64,000 nucleotides of DNA from Ostreococcus lucimarinus. Lineage: Eukaryota. Below, piece after piece: positions 50,809 through 60,517 of the stretch. The notes beneath the pieces were generated by a model. The model was not told the origin of the DNA and searched no databases. It saw only the letters and a list, made by a program, of their open reading frames with translations. A program made the translations under genes and the position numbers. The stretch's first letter is position 1, and every line of letters begins with the position of its first letter. Where the stretch lies: assembly GCA_000092065.1 (NCBI GenBank), contig CP000585.1; one strand, written 5' to 3'.

Positions 50809-52536
50809 ATGAGTCGGCAGAGAGAGTCGAAGGAGGAAGTCGCGCGACGAGCGTTGGCGGAGTTTAGTTCGCAGATCGAAGAGGTTACGCGGAGCTCGGG
50901 GGACGCGACGACGAGGGCGCGGGTGGAGCGACATCTGACGCGATTGCCGAGGCAGTACTCGCTGGACGTGAACTATCTTGAGGATATTCTCGCGCACGCG
51001 GATATTCTGGATAAGGCGGCGACGGATGATCGCGAAGGGACGGGGGGGCGGAGGTCGGGGGTATGGTGCACGTGTCGCGAGGTCGACGTGTCGAGAAAGA
51101 ATGCAGAGGTCGTCGACGCCATGGATGCCGACGATTCGACGTCGATGGATCATAACTCGCGCGGCGTGGATATTCTACGTCATGGAAGTGGGTACGGGGG
51201 ATCACACAGCGGGTCGACGAGACCCAATTTGCGCGCGCCGACGTTTGGTTCGAGCTTGACGTTGACGATGCTCGGCAGTACGGCGGATCCTCGACAGGTG
51301 GGGATGTACGAGATCGCGGTGAGCGCGGGGAACAAACCACGTTTACTCTCGCGCGTGTCCGCCGTTTTATTCGACGTTGGGTTGAACATTGCCGAAGCGC
51401 ACGTTTTTTGCACCGACGATGGTTACGCGTTGGATATTTTCATAGTCACGGGTTGGCGACAAGGAGACGCGGCCTCGGTGCAATCAGCCGTACAGACAGC
51501 ATTAGATGCCGCGGACTTTAGCGATTTACCGGCATCTTCGAAAGGAACGAACGCGATCACCTCCAGTCAAGGATCTGAGGGCAGGATGTCGAACCCCTCT
51601 GGCGATAGGTCAAACTCAGATTCCATCTCCATAGACGGCGGCGAATGGGAACTCACTGAAAAACAGCTCGTGTTTAACGAAAAGATCGCTAGTGGAGCGT
51701 TTGGGCTTTTGTATAGGGGGAGCTACTGCGGCCAAGAGGTGGCCATCAAAGTCCTGAAGAGCAACGCCGCGGAGGGCTCGGGGGCCGAGACGTTGCGCGA
51801 ATTCGCGCAAGAGCTCAACATTTTGCGACGTGTTCATCACAAGAACATCATACAGCTCATCGGAGCGTTGACAAAGCAAAAAACGATGTGTCTAGTCACC
51901 GAATTCATGCACGGTGGGAACCTTCTGCAGTACGTGCAAGAGCACGCGCTCAAGCTTCCCGAGCTCATTCGGTATTCTCTAGGAGTCGCCATGGGTTTGG
52001 ATTACTTGCACAAGATTAACATCATCCATCGCGACATCAAGACGGCGAACTTACTTTTGGATGAAAATAACGCGGTGAAGATCGCAGACTTTGGCGTCGC
52101 GCGCATCCAGCCCACGGATGGGTCAACCATGACGGCGGAAACCGGCACTTACCGATGGATGGCGCCCGAAGTCATCGCGCATCAATTCTATAACGAGAAA
52201 GCTGACGTGTACTCGTACGGTATCATGGTTTGGGAGCTCGTGAGTGGCGGCGAAGTACCTTATCCCGGCTACACCCCCTTACAAGCCGCTGTCGGCGTCG
52301 TGCAGCGCGGGTTGCGACCGACGATTGCTCCGTCGTGCCACGCCGTCATCGCGCAAGTGATGCAGTACTGCTGGCTCGTCGACCCCAACGCCCGCCCTGG
52401 TTTCGAGCAAATCATCTCGTTGCTAAAGCACGTCGACGTTCCGCGCGAACAAGAGGGCAAGCACGGGTTTTTCGATCGTTTGAGATCGGTGAGCTTCAAG
52501 TCAAAGAAAAAGGAAGCACAAACGCGCAGCGGTTGA
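50809..52536 (+). CDS. Plant STY-type serine/threonine/tyrosine protein kinase with N-terminal ACT domain (TKL group)
   Basis: ACT region (MYEIAVSAGNKPRLLSRVSAVLFDVGLNIAEAHVFCTDDGYALDIFIV) then the kinase (GAFGLLYRGSYCGQEVAIKVLK, HRDIKTANLLLD, DFGVAR, GTYRWMAPEV). First ATG at 50809 (the ORF-track start at 50776 is GTG). Confidence 0.8.
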   Translation: MSRQRESKEEVARRALAEFSSQIEEVTRSSGDATTRARVERHLTRLPRQYSLDVNYLEDILAHADILDKAATDDREGTGGRRSGVWCTCREVDVSRKNAEVVDAMDADDSTSMDHNSRGVDILRHGSGYGGSHSGSTRPNLRAPTFGSSLTLTMLGSTADPRQVGMYEIAVSAGNKPRLLSRVSAVLFDVGLNIAEAHVFCTDDGYALDIFIVTGWRQGDAASVQSAVQTALDAADFSDLPASSKGTNAITSSQGSEGRMSNPSGDRSNSDSISIDGGEWELTEKQLVFNEKIASGAFGLLYRGSYCGQEVAIKVLKSNAAEGSGAETLREFAQELNILRRVHHKNIIQLIGALTKQKTMCLVTEFMHGGNLLQYVQEHALKLPELIRYSLGVAMGLDYLHKINIIHRDIKTANLLLDENNAVKIADFGVARIQPTDGSTMTAETGTYRWMAPEVIAHQFYNEKADVYSYGIMVWELVSGGEVPYPGYTPLQAAVGVVQRGLRPTIAPSCHAVIAQVMQYCWLVDPNARPGFEQIISLLKHVDVPREQEGKHGFFDRLRSVSFKSKKKEAQTRSG

Positions 52537-53135
52537 CGAACGCCGCGACGACGCCCGTGCGTCGTAGTCTTAGCTACACGAATTACGCGATGTATGACCG
52601 CGTGTCTGTTATTCAAAGCGAGTCACTCGTCGCTTTCTCGAACAACCACTCCGTCCCGCGTCCCTCGTGCCGCACACCGCCGCTCGCGCTCGCGCGAGCG
52701 CGGTTTCGATGTCCGATCATGGCTCTCGCCCTCCTCGCCCAGGCAGCACGCTTCTCTTCAGAATCATGAACCCCGAACTGTTCTACACCGTCCCCAAGCC
52801 CGTTCTCGCCGTCGGCGCCGCCGTCGTCGCCGTCGCGTGCGCCAACACCGCCCGTCTCGTCCTCACCGCCGACCGACCCGAGCGCGACGCCGCGCGCGCG
52901 CGCGAAAACTTCGTCGACGACGACGACGGCGACGACGCGCAGCCGTAGCCGTAGCCTTAGCCGTAGAATCCCAGCCCGCGTTCGTCCCAGCCGCGCCGCG
53001 CCGCGACCGCGACGCGTCGCGGTCGCGCGTCCAACACTATTAGTGTTACACTAAACGGTAACGCTCGACCGATCGAGCGACGCGACACAGCGCGACACAG
53101 CGCGACGCGCGCGCGACCGGACGCGCGCGGTCGTC

Positions 53136-56100
53136 ATGGACGTCTCGGTGTTCGCGACGATCGACGCGCGATCGGGCGACGGCGGCGACGCGGGCGCGGC
53201 GACGCGCGCGCTGGCCGTCGTCGATGACCGCGCGGATGCGACGGACGCGCGACGCGCGCGCGGCGTGGCGATGACGCGCGGTGGCGCGCTGTGGAGCATG
53301 ACGCAGGTGTACGCGATGTTGCTCGTCGTCGTCGTCGGGTATAACGCGACGGCGAGCGCGTTTCGGGGACGGCGATTGGATCTGAGCCCGGAGGGGATGA
53401 TGTTGGCGGGCGGCGTCGACCCGGCGACGGTGGCGAGGTATAACGCGACGCACGGCGCGGCCTTTGGGTACGGAGCGAACGCACAGAGAACGAGCGCAGT
53501 CGCGACGCGGTGGCGACACGTGACGCGGTACGCGATTCGAGGTTCGTTCAACGCGGCCGCGGGGGCGGCGGTCGGCGCCGTCTCGCAAAGCGCGCGTTTG
53601 GCGCGAGGAAGCGTGCGATTACTCGTGCCCGCGCTCGAACGCCTGGGGCTTGGCGCGATCGTGGACGCGGTGGCCATTGTGAGCTCGACGGCGACGTCGT
53701 CGGTGAGGAATATGGTGTGGTTGGTGATGTTCGCGTCGACGCCCGTCGTCGATTTCACGCTTTTGCCGCTGTACGATTTCGTCCTCGACGGTCTCGAGCC
53801 GTTGTATCAGACATTCTTCACGGGTACGATGGATTTCTTCGAGGACATGACGTTTAACCTGGAGCAAAATCTTGCGACGGTGCTCGACGCGCGTTTGCTT
53901 TCGGTGATCAGGCGACCGATGCGAATATTCTTGAACCCGTTCAAGTGGCCGAGGGCACTGTATGACGCCTTTATTCGTCCCGCGTACGAGTTTTGCGCCT
54001 ACCCCGAGCTCTTCGACGCGCTAGACGAGCCCGTGCGGCCCATCGTGAAGCGTACGTACGGTGATAGATGTCGAGCCAGCGCGTGGGGGGATTGGACCAA
54101 GTGCAGCATGCAATGCGGTAGCGGTTTCAGAGTGCGCGTAAATCACTGCGGCAAAAAGCAGTACGAGCGATGCGTCGGCGCGGGCGTCGTCGGCTGCGAC
54201 GGCGTGTGCGATAGCGGCTTGCGAACCGACTGCAACGGCATGTGCGGTGGCAAAGCACTTCTCGACAAATGTGCGGTTTGCGGCGGTAACAACGCCGCCA
54301 TCGGCTGCGATGGCAAGTGCTTCAGCGGTATGCGAGAAGATACAGTCGGTAACTGTTGCCACGCGGCGACAATCACCGCGAGCGGCATGTGCGGAGAAGG
54401 CGACAACTTACCCGCGCATCTTAAGGCGGCAGCGGCGGCGGCTCGCGCGAAGGCGACGTCCGCAAAGAAGAATGTCTCCCTAGTGCGGCGGTTCATCAAC
54501 TTCGTGAAAGCGACGCTGCGTTTTGCGTTGAAGGCGGTCCTCGCCGTCCTTCGCGTCGTCGCCTTCGCCATTCGATTTGTTTCGGCGACGGTGACTTTTA
54601 CGCTGCACACTCTATTTTCTTCGGCCAGTCTGAAATTGGTCGGAACGCTCACTGCGTGTTACATGGCGATTGGGGTAGTCGATAAGAAGGCTCAAAAGAA
54701 CGTTGGGCAGTTTATTCGCGAAGTTGTCCCTTTCATGGATGAAGACGCAAAGGACGAGAGTCGAGTCGTCGGCGCATTCTCGAAAGCCCAAGCGGCGAAG
54801 ACGCCCAAGGAAAAGATTGAAGTCTTCGTCAAGGACCTCATTGAGAGCTTTAAGCGCGCGGGCGACGTTCCTGGTTCGATCGCGCACTATCTATCTTGGC
54901 TATGCAAGCGCTTGTACGGCGTAATCGTCGTTGTATCGCCTTTTATTCTGCAATTTCTTCGAGATGCGTCTTACGAAAACGTCGTGAGCGCACGGGCGCA
55001 GATGGCCAAAAAACATGAAGAGGCCGAAAACATTAAACGACAAAACGAAGAGCTTGCGAGGCGAATCGAGCAAGAGGTGCGCGCTGATGAGGAGCGCGAG
55101 AGACTCATGAGCGAAGCGGCAAAGGTGCGAGAAGAAGCCGCCAAAGCTGAACGTGAAGCGGCGGAGCGAGAGCAAGCGCGTCAAGAAGAAATGGCTCGCC
55201 TCACGGAAGCAGAGGCTCAAGCAAAGACGCAATTGGAAGAAGAACGAAAGAGAGCCACCAATATACTAGAACAAGAACGTGCTCAAGCGAAAGCTCGCCT
55301 CGCGGCGGAAGAGGCTCGTTTGAAGGAAGAAGCTGAACGGATCAAGCGAGAAGCGGCCCTGAAACAAGCAGAGCTGGAGCGTGAACGACAAGCGGAGCGA
55401 GAGCGCCTGGTGCGTGAAGAAGCCGAACTCAAGGAGCGTCTCGCTGAAGAGGAAGCGAAAGCGAAATCACATAGATTTGATGAGGAGGAGGCACTCAAAG
55501 TGCGCCTTGCGGAGTTGGAGGAGCGAATGAAGGAGCGCAGTGACGTCATAAAGAGGCTCGAAGCGGCGGATGTCGAAGTCAAGAAAGCCGAAGTCAGTCA
55601 GATGACGAATAGGGCTACTTCAGCTGCAGTACGTTTGGAGACGGCCGAGAACGAATTAGACAGCATGGCCAAACGCATAATCACGTTTGAGAAGGCGAAC
55701 ATGGGTAAAAAGTACGCACTCCAAAGCAAGCGCGCCATGGCAGACGCCAAGGAATACTGCGGGCTGCTTTCTGACTTTTTTGTGAGGAACGACGAACACC
55801 TTAAAGCGGAAGAAGAACTATCGATAATCACGAAATACCGAGACTTATCGAACGACGCGCCGGCTGCCCTCGTGGCCCGCTTAGAGGACGTCTCCGAGGT
55901 TCCCATCGCGATTTCGAAGCGGTTCAACTTTTTGCTCAAATACCGTGCTCGACGCAACGCCATCATCGTCTTGTCGAAACTTTCGGCGAGGCATCCTGAG
56001 GATGCGGTCAGACGCAAGTGCTTCGCCGCGTTGAACAAAATCACGCGGTCGTCGACGTTTGGTCTTATCGTCTCGGCGCGTTGTGCAGCGCTTCCAAACG

Positions 56101-56627
56101 CTCTAATGGCGATGGTGGAATGGGCGAGCTTGGGCGAAGAACGTATAACGGAGGACAACGCGCCGTGGGAGGCTATGGAACTTGTTCATAATCTCGTCTC
56201 CAGTCGACGCATGAAGCGCTCGGAAGTTCTTAGGCGCCATCTCGCCGGTGGGCTCTTCGGTCGCTGCATCTTGGCCGTGGTTAAACTCGTTCCACACATT
56301 CCCAGTTTTCAAGGAATGATCTTGGGAACGCTTTGGCAGCTCATGCGTGCCTCTGGTTACGATGCGACGCTGCAAAACGCCCTCGTCGCTGACGGCATCA
56401 TCCGCCACATCCTGGACTGCAAATCGTACGCCAAACAAAACAGTGAAGTCGCGCGCGTCTTCTGCGGCTGCGCTCTCGCGCTCGCCATGAACAACGAGCC
56501 GGTGCAAAAGCAAATGTTTGACAAAAAGTGGCCCGCGCGCATCGTCAAAATTTTAAGCCTTCACCAGGCGATCGATTACAAAGGCGAGTTCACCACGCTC
56601 AACGACTGGCTGTCGTCGAATGCGTAG
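53136..56627 (+). CDS. Large membrane/secreted protein with a thrombospondin type-1 repeat (TSP1) and Cys-rich region, several hydrophobic segments, a central E/R/K coiled coil and an armadillo/HEAT-like C-terminal region
   Basis: TSP1 motif SAWGDWTKCSMQCGSGFRVRVNHCGKKQYERCVG followed by CDGVCDSG..CNGMCGG..CAVCGG..CDGKCFSG (Cys-rich). Hydrophobic stretches VYAMLLVVVVGY, LAVLRVVAFAIRFVSATVTF, LYGVIVVVSPFILQFL. Coiled coil at 55000-55580. ATG at 53136. Confidence 0.6.
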   Translation: MDVSVFATIDARSGDGGDAGAATRALAVVDDRADATDARRARGVAMTRGGALWSMTQVYAMLLVVVVGYNATASAFRGRRLDLSPEGMMLAGGVDPATVARYNATHGAAFGYGANAQRTSAVATRWRHVTRYAIRGSFNAAAGAAVGAVSQSARLARGSVRLLVPALERLGLGAIVDAVAIVSSTATSSVRNMVWLVMFASTPVVDFTLLPLYDFVLDGLEPLYQTFFTGTMDFFEDMTFNLEQNLATVLDARLLSVIRRPMRIFLNPFKWPRALYDAFIRPAYEFCAYPELFDALDEPVRPIVKRTYGDRCRASAWGDWTKCSMQCGSGFRVRVNHCGKKQYERCVGAGVVGCDGVCDSGLRTDCNGMCGGKALLDKCAVCGGNNAAIGCDGKCFSGMREDTVGNCCHAATITASGMCGEGDNLPAHLKAAAAAARAKATSAKKNVSLVRRFINFVKATLRFALKAVLAVLRVVAFAIRFVSATVTFTLHTLFSSASLKLVGTLTACYMAIGVVDKKAQKNVGQFIREVVPFMDEDAKDESRVVGAFSKAQAAKTPKEKIEVFVKDLIESFKRAGDVPGSIAHYLSWLCKRLYGVIVVVSPFILQFLRDASYENVVSARAQMAKKHEEAENIKRQNEELARRIEQEVRADEERERLMSEAAKVREEAAKAEREAAEREQARQEEMARLTEAEAQAKTQLEEERKRATNILEQERAQAKARLAAEEARLKEEAERIKREAALKQAELERERQAERERLVREEAELKERLAEEEAKAKSHRFDEEEALKVRLAELEERMKERSDVIKRLEAADVEVKKAEVSQMTNRATSAAVRLETAENELDSMAKRIITFEKANMGKKYALQSKRAMADAKEYCGLLSDFFVRNDEHLKAEEELSIITKYRDLSNDAPAALVARLEDVSEVPIAISKRFNFLLKYRARRNAIIVLSKLSARHPEDAVRRKCFAALNKITRSSTFGLIVSARCAALPNALMAMVEWASLGEERITEDNAPWEAMELVHNLVSSRRMKRSEVLRRHLAGGLFGRCILAVVKLVPHIPSFQGMILGTLWQLMRASGYDATLQNALVADGIIRHILDCKSYAKQNSEVARVFCGCALALAMNNEPVQKQMFDKKWPARIVKILSLHQAIDYKGEFTTLNDWLSSNA

Positions 56628-56805
56628 GCACGCATAGCATCGCGCGACGCGTCATCTCATGTAAATTAATCACGAAATCGTGCCCCTGACGAGCTCGACG
56701 ACTAGCTCGCGCGAGCGCTCCCGCGCGGCGCGCCACTGAACCGTACTTCCACGCGCGCGGCGCCGTCCACCCGTCGCCGTCGCGAAGTCTCGAGTCGCGT
56801 GTTAC

Positions 56806-58482
56806 ATGCCACTCGAGCGCGGCGACGTCGGCGACGCGATGGTGCGCGCGCCCGCGGTGCCGGCGTCGTCCTCGCCCCGCGCCGACGCTTCGGCTTCGTC
56901 ATCTTTCGTTGACGTTCGTGAGGACGTCTCGCGAGACGATACCGATGCCGTTCGCGCGCCGAGCTCGCCCGCGCGTAGCGGGAGTAAATTGTGGGGCATC
57001 GCTCGCGCGCGGGTTCGAGACGACGCGGATGTCGCGAGAGGACGCGTCCGGGACGCGCTGCGGGACGGCGAGGACGCCGCCGCGGCGAACAAACCCGCGC
57101 GACGAGGACGTCGACGGATGAGCACGGAGTATGAAAATTATTTGCGACCGATCTTAGATAGAATGCCGGTGAAGCCAGAGCGCGTGAGTGCGGTGAATGG
57201 GCCGTTGATGAACGTCACGAGGATTGACGACAAGACGCTCGACGTAAAGATGACGACGTCGTTTCGAGCGCACTTTGGAGAATCGTTACCGAGTATTGGT
57301 CGACGCTCGTTGGCGCTTCCAGAGAGCGAAGGCGATGGGCAGAAAATCGTTGCGATCGGAAACAGCGGATGGATCGATCAAAACGCGGGCGGTGTGCAGA
57401 TTTCGGAGTTGGACTCGGGAGACTTCGTGCCGGGACGCGGGGGGCGGTATTCGGTCATGACGCCGGAGGATAGCTGGGGTGCGACCGAGCTTCGCGCGCC
57501 TTCACCCGCTATTGGATGGTACGATGATAATGAAACAACGAGTGATTCGCTTCAAACGGAGTTTCTGATCGACCCCGAGGACGTGCGATTGCAGGAGCGC
57601 ATCGCCGTCGGCGGTTTTGCCGAGGTGTTCAGAGGCACGTGGCAAGGGACCGTGGTTGCCGTGAAGCAGCTTTTAGAGCGCTCGAGCGAGGTAAAGACGA
57701 CGTTAGAAAGGGAGGTTGAGGTGTTGGCTAAGTTACGTCACCCAAACTTATTGCTGTTCATGGGATATTGCGTCGAGCCGCCGTTGATTTGCACGGAGTT
57801 TATGCGACGTGGATCGTTGCACACAATTTTAAAGTCAGGAAACGTGTTAGAACCGGCGAGGAACCATGCGGTCGCCATCGCAGTCGCGCGTGGGATGTCG
57901 TACTTGCATTCGCGATCTCCACCAATACTACATTTGGATCTGAAGAGTCCGAATATTTTGGTGGACGAGAAGTGGCGCGTGAAAATCGCTGACTTTGGCC
58001 TCGCGCGCATGCGCCAAACGACACAAGTCAGCGCGAAGAGCGAGTTTCACGGCACGCCAGAGTGGATGGCCCCAGAGATGCTGCGTGCTGAAGACTTCGA
58101 CGAACGTGCGGACTCGTACTCGTTCGGCGTCGTTTTGTGGGAACTTCTCACGGCGCGAAAACCGTGGATGGATTTACACCCGATGCAAATCGTCGCCGTC
58201 GTCGGTTACTCCGAACGCAAGCTCGAACTTCCACCCGAGGGCGTACCCGCCGCCGATCACGACTTCACCATCCTCCTCTCTGATCTCTTCCGCGCGTGTG
58301 CTCAAAAAGATCCGACAAATCGTCCGCTCTTCCCCGCCATTCTCGACGCTTTGGAAACCGCTCGCAAGCGCGTCGCCGCCGACGGCGCGAGCGCCGCCGC
58401 CGCCGCCGCTCCCAACCCGTCCGAGCGTTTGGGCGTCCAATTAGAAATCTTAGACCTAGCCAAAGACCGCGCGAGCGGCTGA
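56806..58482 (+). CDS. Raf-like MAPKKK of the CTR1/EDR1 type (TKL kinase) with an EDR1-like N-terminal region
   Basis: IAVGGFAEVFRGTWQGTVVAVKQL, HLDLKSPNILVD, KIADFGLARM, GTPEWMAPEMLR, DSYSFGVVLWELLT. Real ATG at 56806. Confidence 0.8.
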   Translation: MPLERGDVGDAMVRAPAVPASSSPRADASASSSFVDVREDVSRDDTDAVRAPSSPARSGSKLWGIARARVRDDADVARGRVRDALRDGEDAAAANKPARRGRRRMSTEYENYLRPILDRMPVKPERVSAVNGPLMNVTRIDDKTLDVKMTTSFRAHFGESLPSIGRRSLALPESEGDGQKIVAIGNSGWIDQNAGGVQISELDSGDFVPGRGGRYSVMTPEDSWGATELRAPSPAIGWYDDNETTSDSLQTEFLIDPEDVRLQERIAVGGFAEVFRGTWQGTVVAVKQLLERSSEVKTTLEREVEVLAKLRHPNLLLFMGYCVEPPLICTEFMRRGSLHTILKSGNVLEPARNHAVAIAVARGMSYLHSRSPPILHLDLKSPNILVDEKWRVKIADFGLARMRQTTQVSAKSEFHGTPEWMAPEMLRAEDFDERADSYSFGVVLWELLTARKPWMDLHPMQIVAVVGYSERKLELPPEGVPAADHDFTILLSDLFRACAQKDPTNRPLFPAILDALETARKRVAADGASAAAAAAPNPSERLGVQLEILDLAKDRASG

Positions 58483-58659
58483 CCGCGCGATCGTGTCAGA
58501 ACAAAAGTTCCTTCCTCGTCGTTCCCGCGCGCCGCCTCGCAAGTTCTGAAGCACCTCTGGAAAAGTGAACGTTTTCGATGACGCGCATTCTCGTCATCGC
58601 GCGTCGCACGCGAGCGCGCGCGCGCGCCGTCGGCATGTCGGGAAACGAGCGCACGAGAG

Positions 58660-60384
58660 ATGAATCAACGTTCCTCGCCGGTGCGCGCGACGAACGCGAC
58701 GAACGCGACGCGTCGAGCGATGAATTCGCGCGCAATTAAACGTGTGACGACGACGACTGACGACGACGGAAACGACGCGGAAACGACAGACACGACGCCC
58801 GTGTACGCGACGTTCGCGGAAGACGTGACCGGGTTCTTCGGAAAGTGGAACTTGCAGCCGAACGCGCCGCGGTCGAAACGACTCGGGTCGCCCGCGCGCG
58901 ACGGCGGCCGCGGCGGCTCGGGACGCGCGGTCGGGACGTCTTCGCCGCCGCCGCGCGAACCGAAGTGGACGGACGAAACGGATGAGGACGATGAATATTT
59001 ATTTAGTGATCACGACGCGGTGACGCCGGCGGCGAAACGGCGAGTGGTGTCGTTCGAGAGGGTGAGGAGCGTGCCGGGGGCGCGCGCGGCGCGCGGCGCG
59101 GGGAACGCGGCCAAGTTGGCGGCGAAAAGTTTTAAGCGGTTCACGAGTCGGGCGGCGCGAGGCATGGTCGGGGTTCTGAGCGATCGCTCGAGCGTGTTCG
59201 ACTTTAAGATGTTTAAGCTCTTCACGTTCGTGTTGAACGTGACGCTGAGCACGTTTGAGATCCCAAGGCAGTTGATTTTGATTCCTCTCATCGTGGGCAG
59301 TCGATTGGCAATGGTGCCGGAGTGGCTGCTGAGCGCGTTCGAGTATGATTCGTGGGAGATGCCGAGAGCGAAAAAGAAACGCCCCAAGTTAAGCACCGAT
59401 TTTAAGTTCCCGACGCTTCGTTGGAATGCTTTGAAGACGTGGGAGAACGCGATGCAAGCGGGGAGAGAGAGTTTACGCCGCGTCGAGTCGCAAGTGCGCA
59501 CCGAGCCGGGTGAGACGCCGGAGATGAGAGCGGTGATTGATAAACTTATCGAGGAAGGTTTGGCGTACGACAAGGCGTGCGATAGCCAGAAGTCGCAGGC
59601 TGCGTTTGAGCGCGCGCTCGAGCTAAGACCGAAAGATCCGGTCGTGATGATTTCTTTGAGTAAGGAACTCAGCGACCGCGTCTTTGATCACGAAATTTTC
59701 CACAACAAGCCGCAGGCGAGACAGCTTGCGTCGAGAGCCGCTGATTTAGCATCGGAGGCGATCGAACTCGCACCTGAGAACGCACAGTGCTACATCGCGC
59801 TGGCCGTGGCGAACGCGCGGTTGAGCATGTTCAGCGACGCGCGGCAAAAGGTGGAACTCACGCACTCGATTAAAGGAAATTTAATGAAGGCGTTGGAAAT
59901 CGAGCCCGAGAGCGATTACGCCTATCACGTGCTGGCCAGATTCGAGCACACCATGGCGCACATCGGTGGATTGATGCGGTATTTAATCAAGACAATATAC
60001 GGCGCCATCGAACCGGCGACGATCGAGCGGGCTGAGGAGTACTTCAGGCGAGCGATTGAAATCAATCCAAAGCGCCTGATTCACGGCGTTGAGCTCGCCA
60101 AGCTTCTGTACGAAACGAAGCGATATGACGAGTGCAAAGAATTGTTGGTGCCATCGATCGAGCTAGAAATCGAAGACATCAACAGCGTGCGGACGAAGAA
60201 GGACGGCGAAGCGTTACTTAAGAAGTTGACCAACAAACTCAACAGGACGCCGAGTCGTCTCTCGATGTCTCGCACACCGTCCAAGCATCGTCTTCCGCGT
60301 ACCTCGTCCTCGTCGCACACTCCGATGTCGCCGTTGACACCGATCTCACGCAATAACTCCAAGGGCAGCGGGCTCTTTGATTAG
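58660..60384 (+). CDS. TPR-like helical-repeat protein, possibly of the regulator-of-microtubule-dynamics (RMD/FAM82) family, with a disordered N-terminus and a Ser/Thr/Pro-rich C-terminal tail
   Basis: Paired-helix TPR-like pattern (KACDSQKSQAAFERALELRPKDPVVMISL..., AQCYIALAVANARLS, ERAEEYFRRAIEINPKRLIHGVELAKLLYETKRYDECKELL). ATG at 58660. Family assignment is tentative. Confidence 0.4.
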   Translation: MNQRSSPVRATNATNATRRAMNSRAIKRVTTTTDDDGNDAETTDTTPVYATFAEDVTGFFGKWNLQPNAPRSKRLGSPARDGGRGGSGRAVGTSSPPPREPKWTDETDEDDEYLFSDHDAVTPAAKRRVVSFERVRSVPGARAARGAGNAAKLAAKSFKRFTSRAARGMVGVLSDRSSVFDFKMFKLFTFVLNVTLSTFEIPRQLILIPLIVGSRLAMVPEWLLSAFEYDSWEMPRAKKKRPKLSTDFKFPTLRWNALKTWENAMQAGRESLRRVESQVRTEPGETPEMRAVIDKLIEEGLAYDKACDSQKSQAAFERALELRPKDPVVMISLSKELSDRVFDHEIFHNKPQARQLASRAADLASEAIELAPENAQCYIALAVANARLSMFSDARQKVELTHSIKGNLMKALEIEPESDYAYHVLARFEHTMAHIGGLMRYLIKTIYGAIEPATIERAEEYFRRAIEINPKRLIHGVELAKLLYETKRYDECKELLVPSIELEIEDINSVRTKKDGEALLKKLTNKLNRTPSRLSMSRTPSKHRLPRTSSSSHTPMSPLTPISRNNSKGSGLFD

Positions 60385-60517
60385 ACCTATTATCGCCGAC
60401 GGTGAACCCAGCGAGGCGTATGTAATAAAGCACCGACTAGTGAGCAGCATCAGACAAACAGAATCCACTTTCTTCAGACACCAGCGCGCATCGCGTCGCG
60501 TCGCGCGAATCGTCGCC

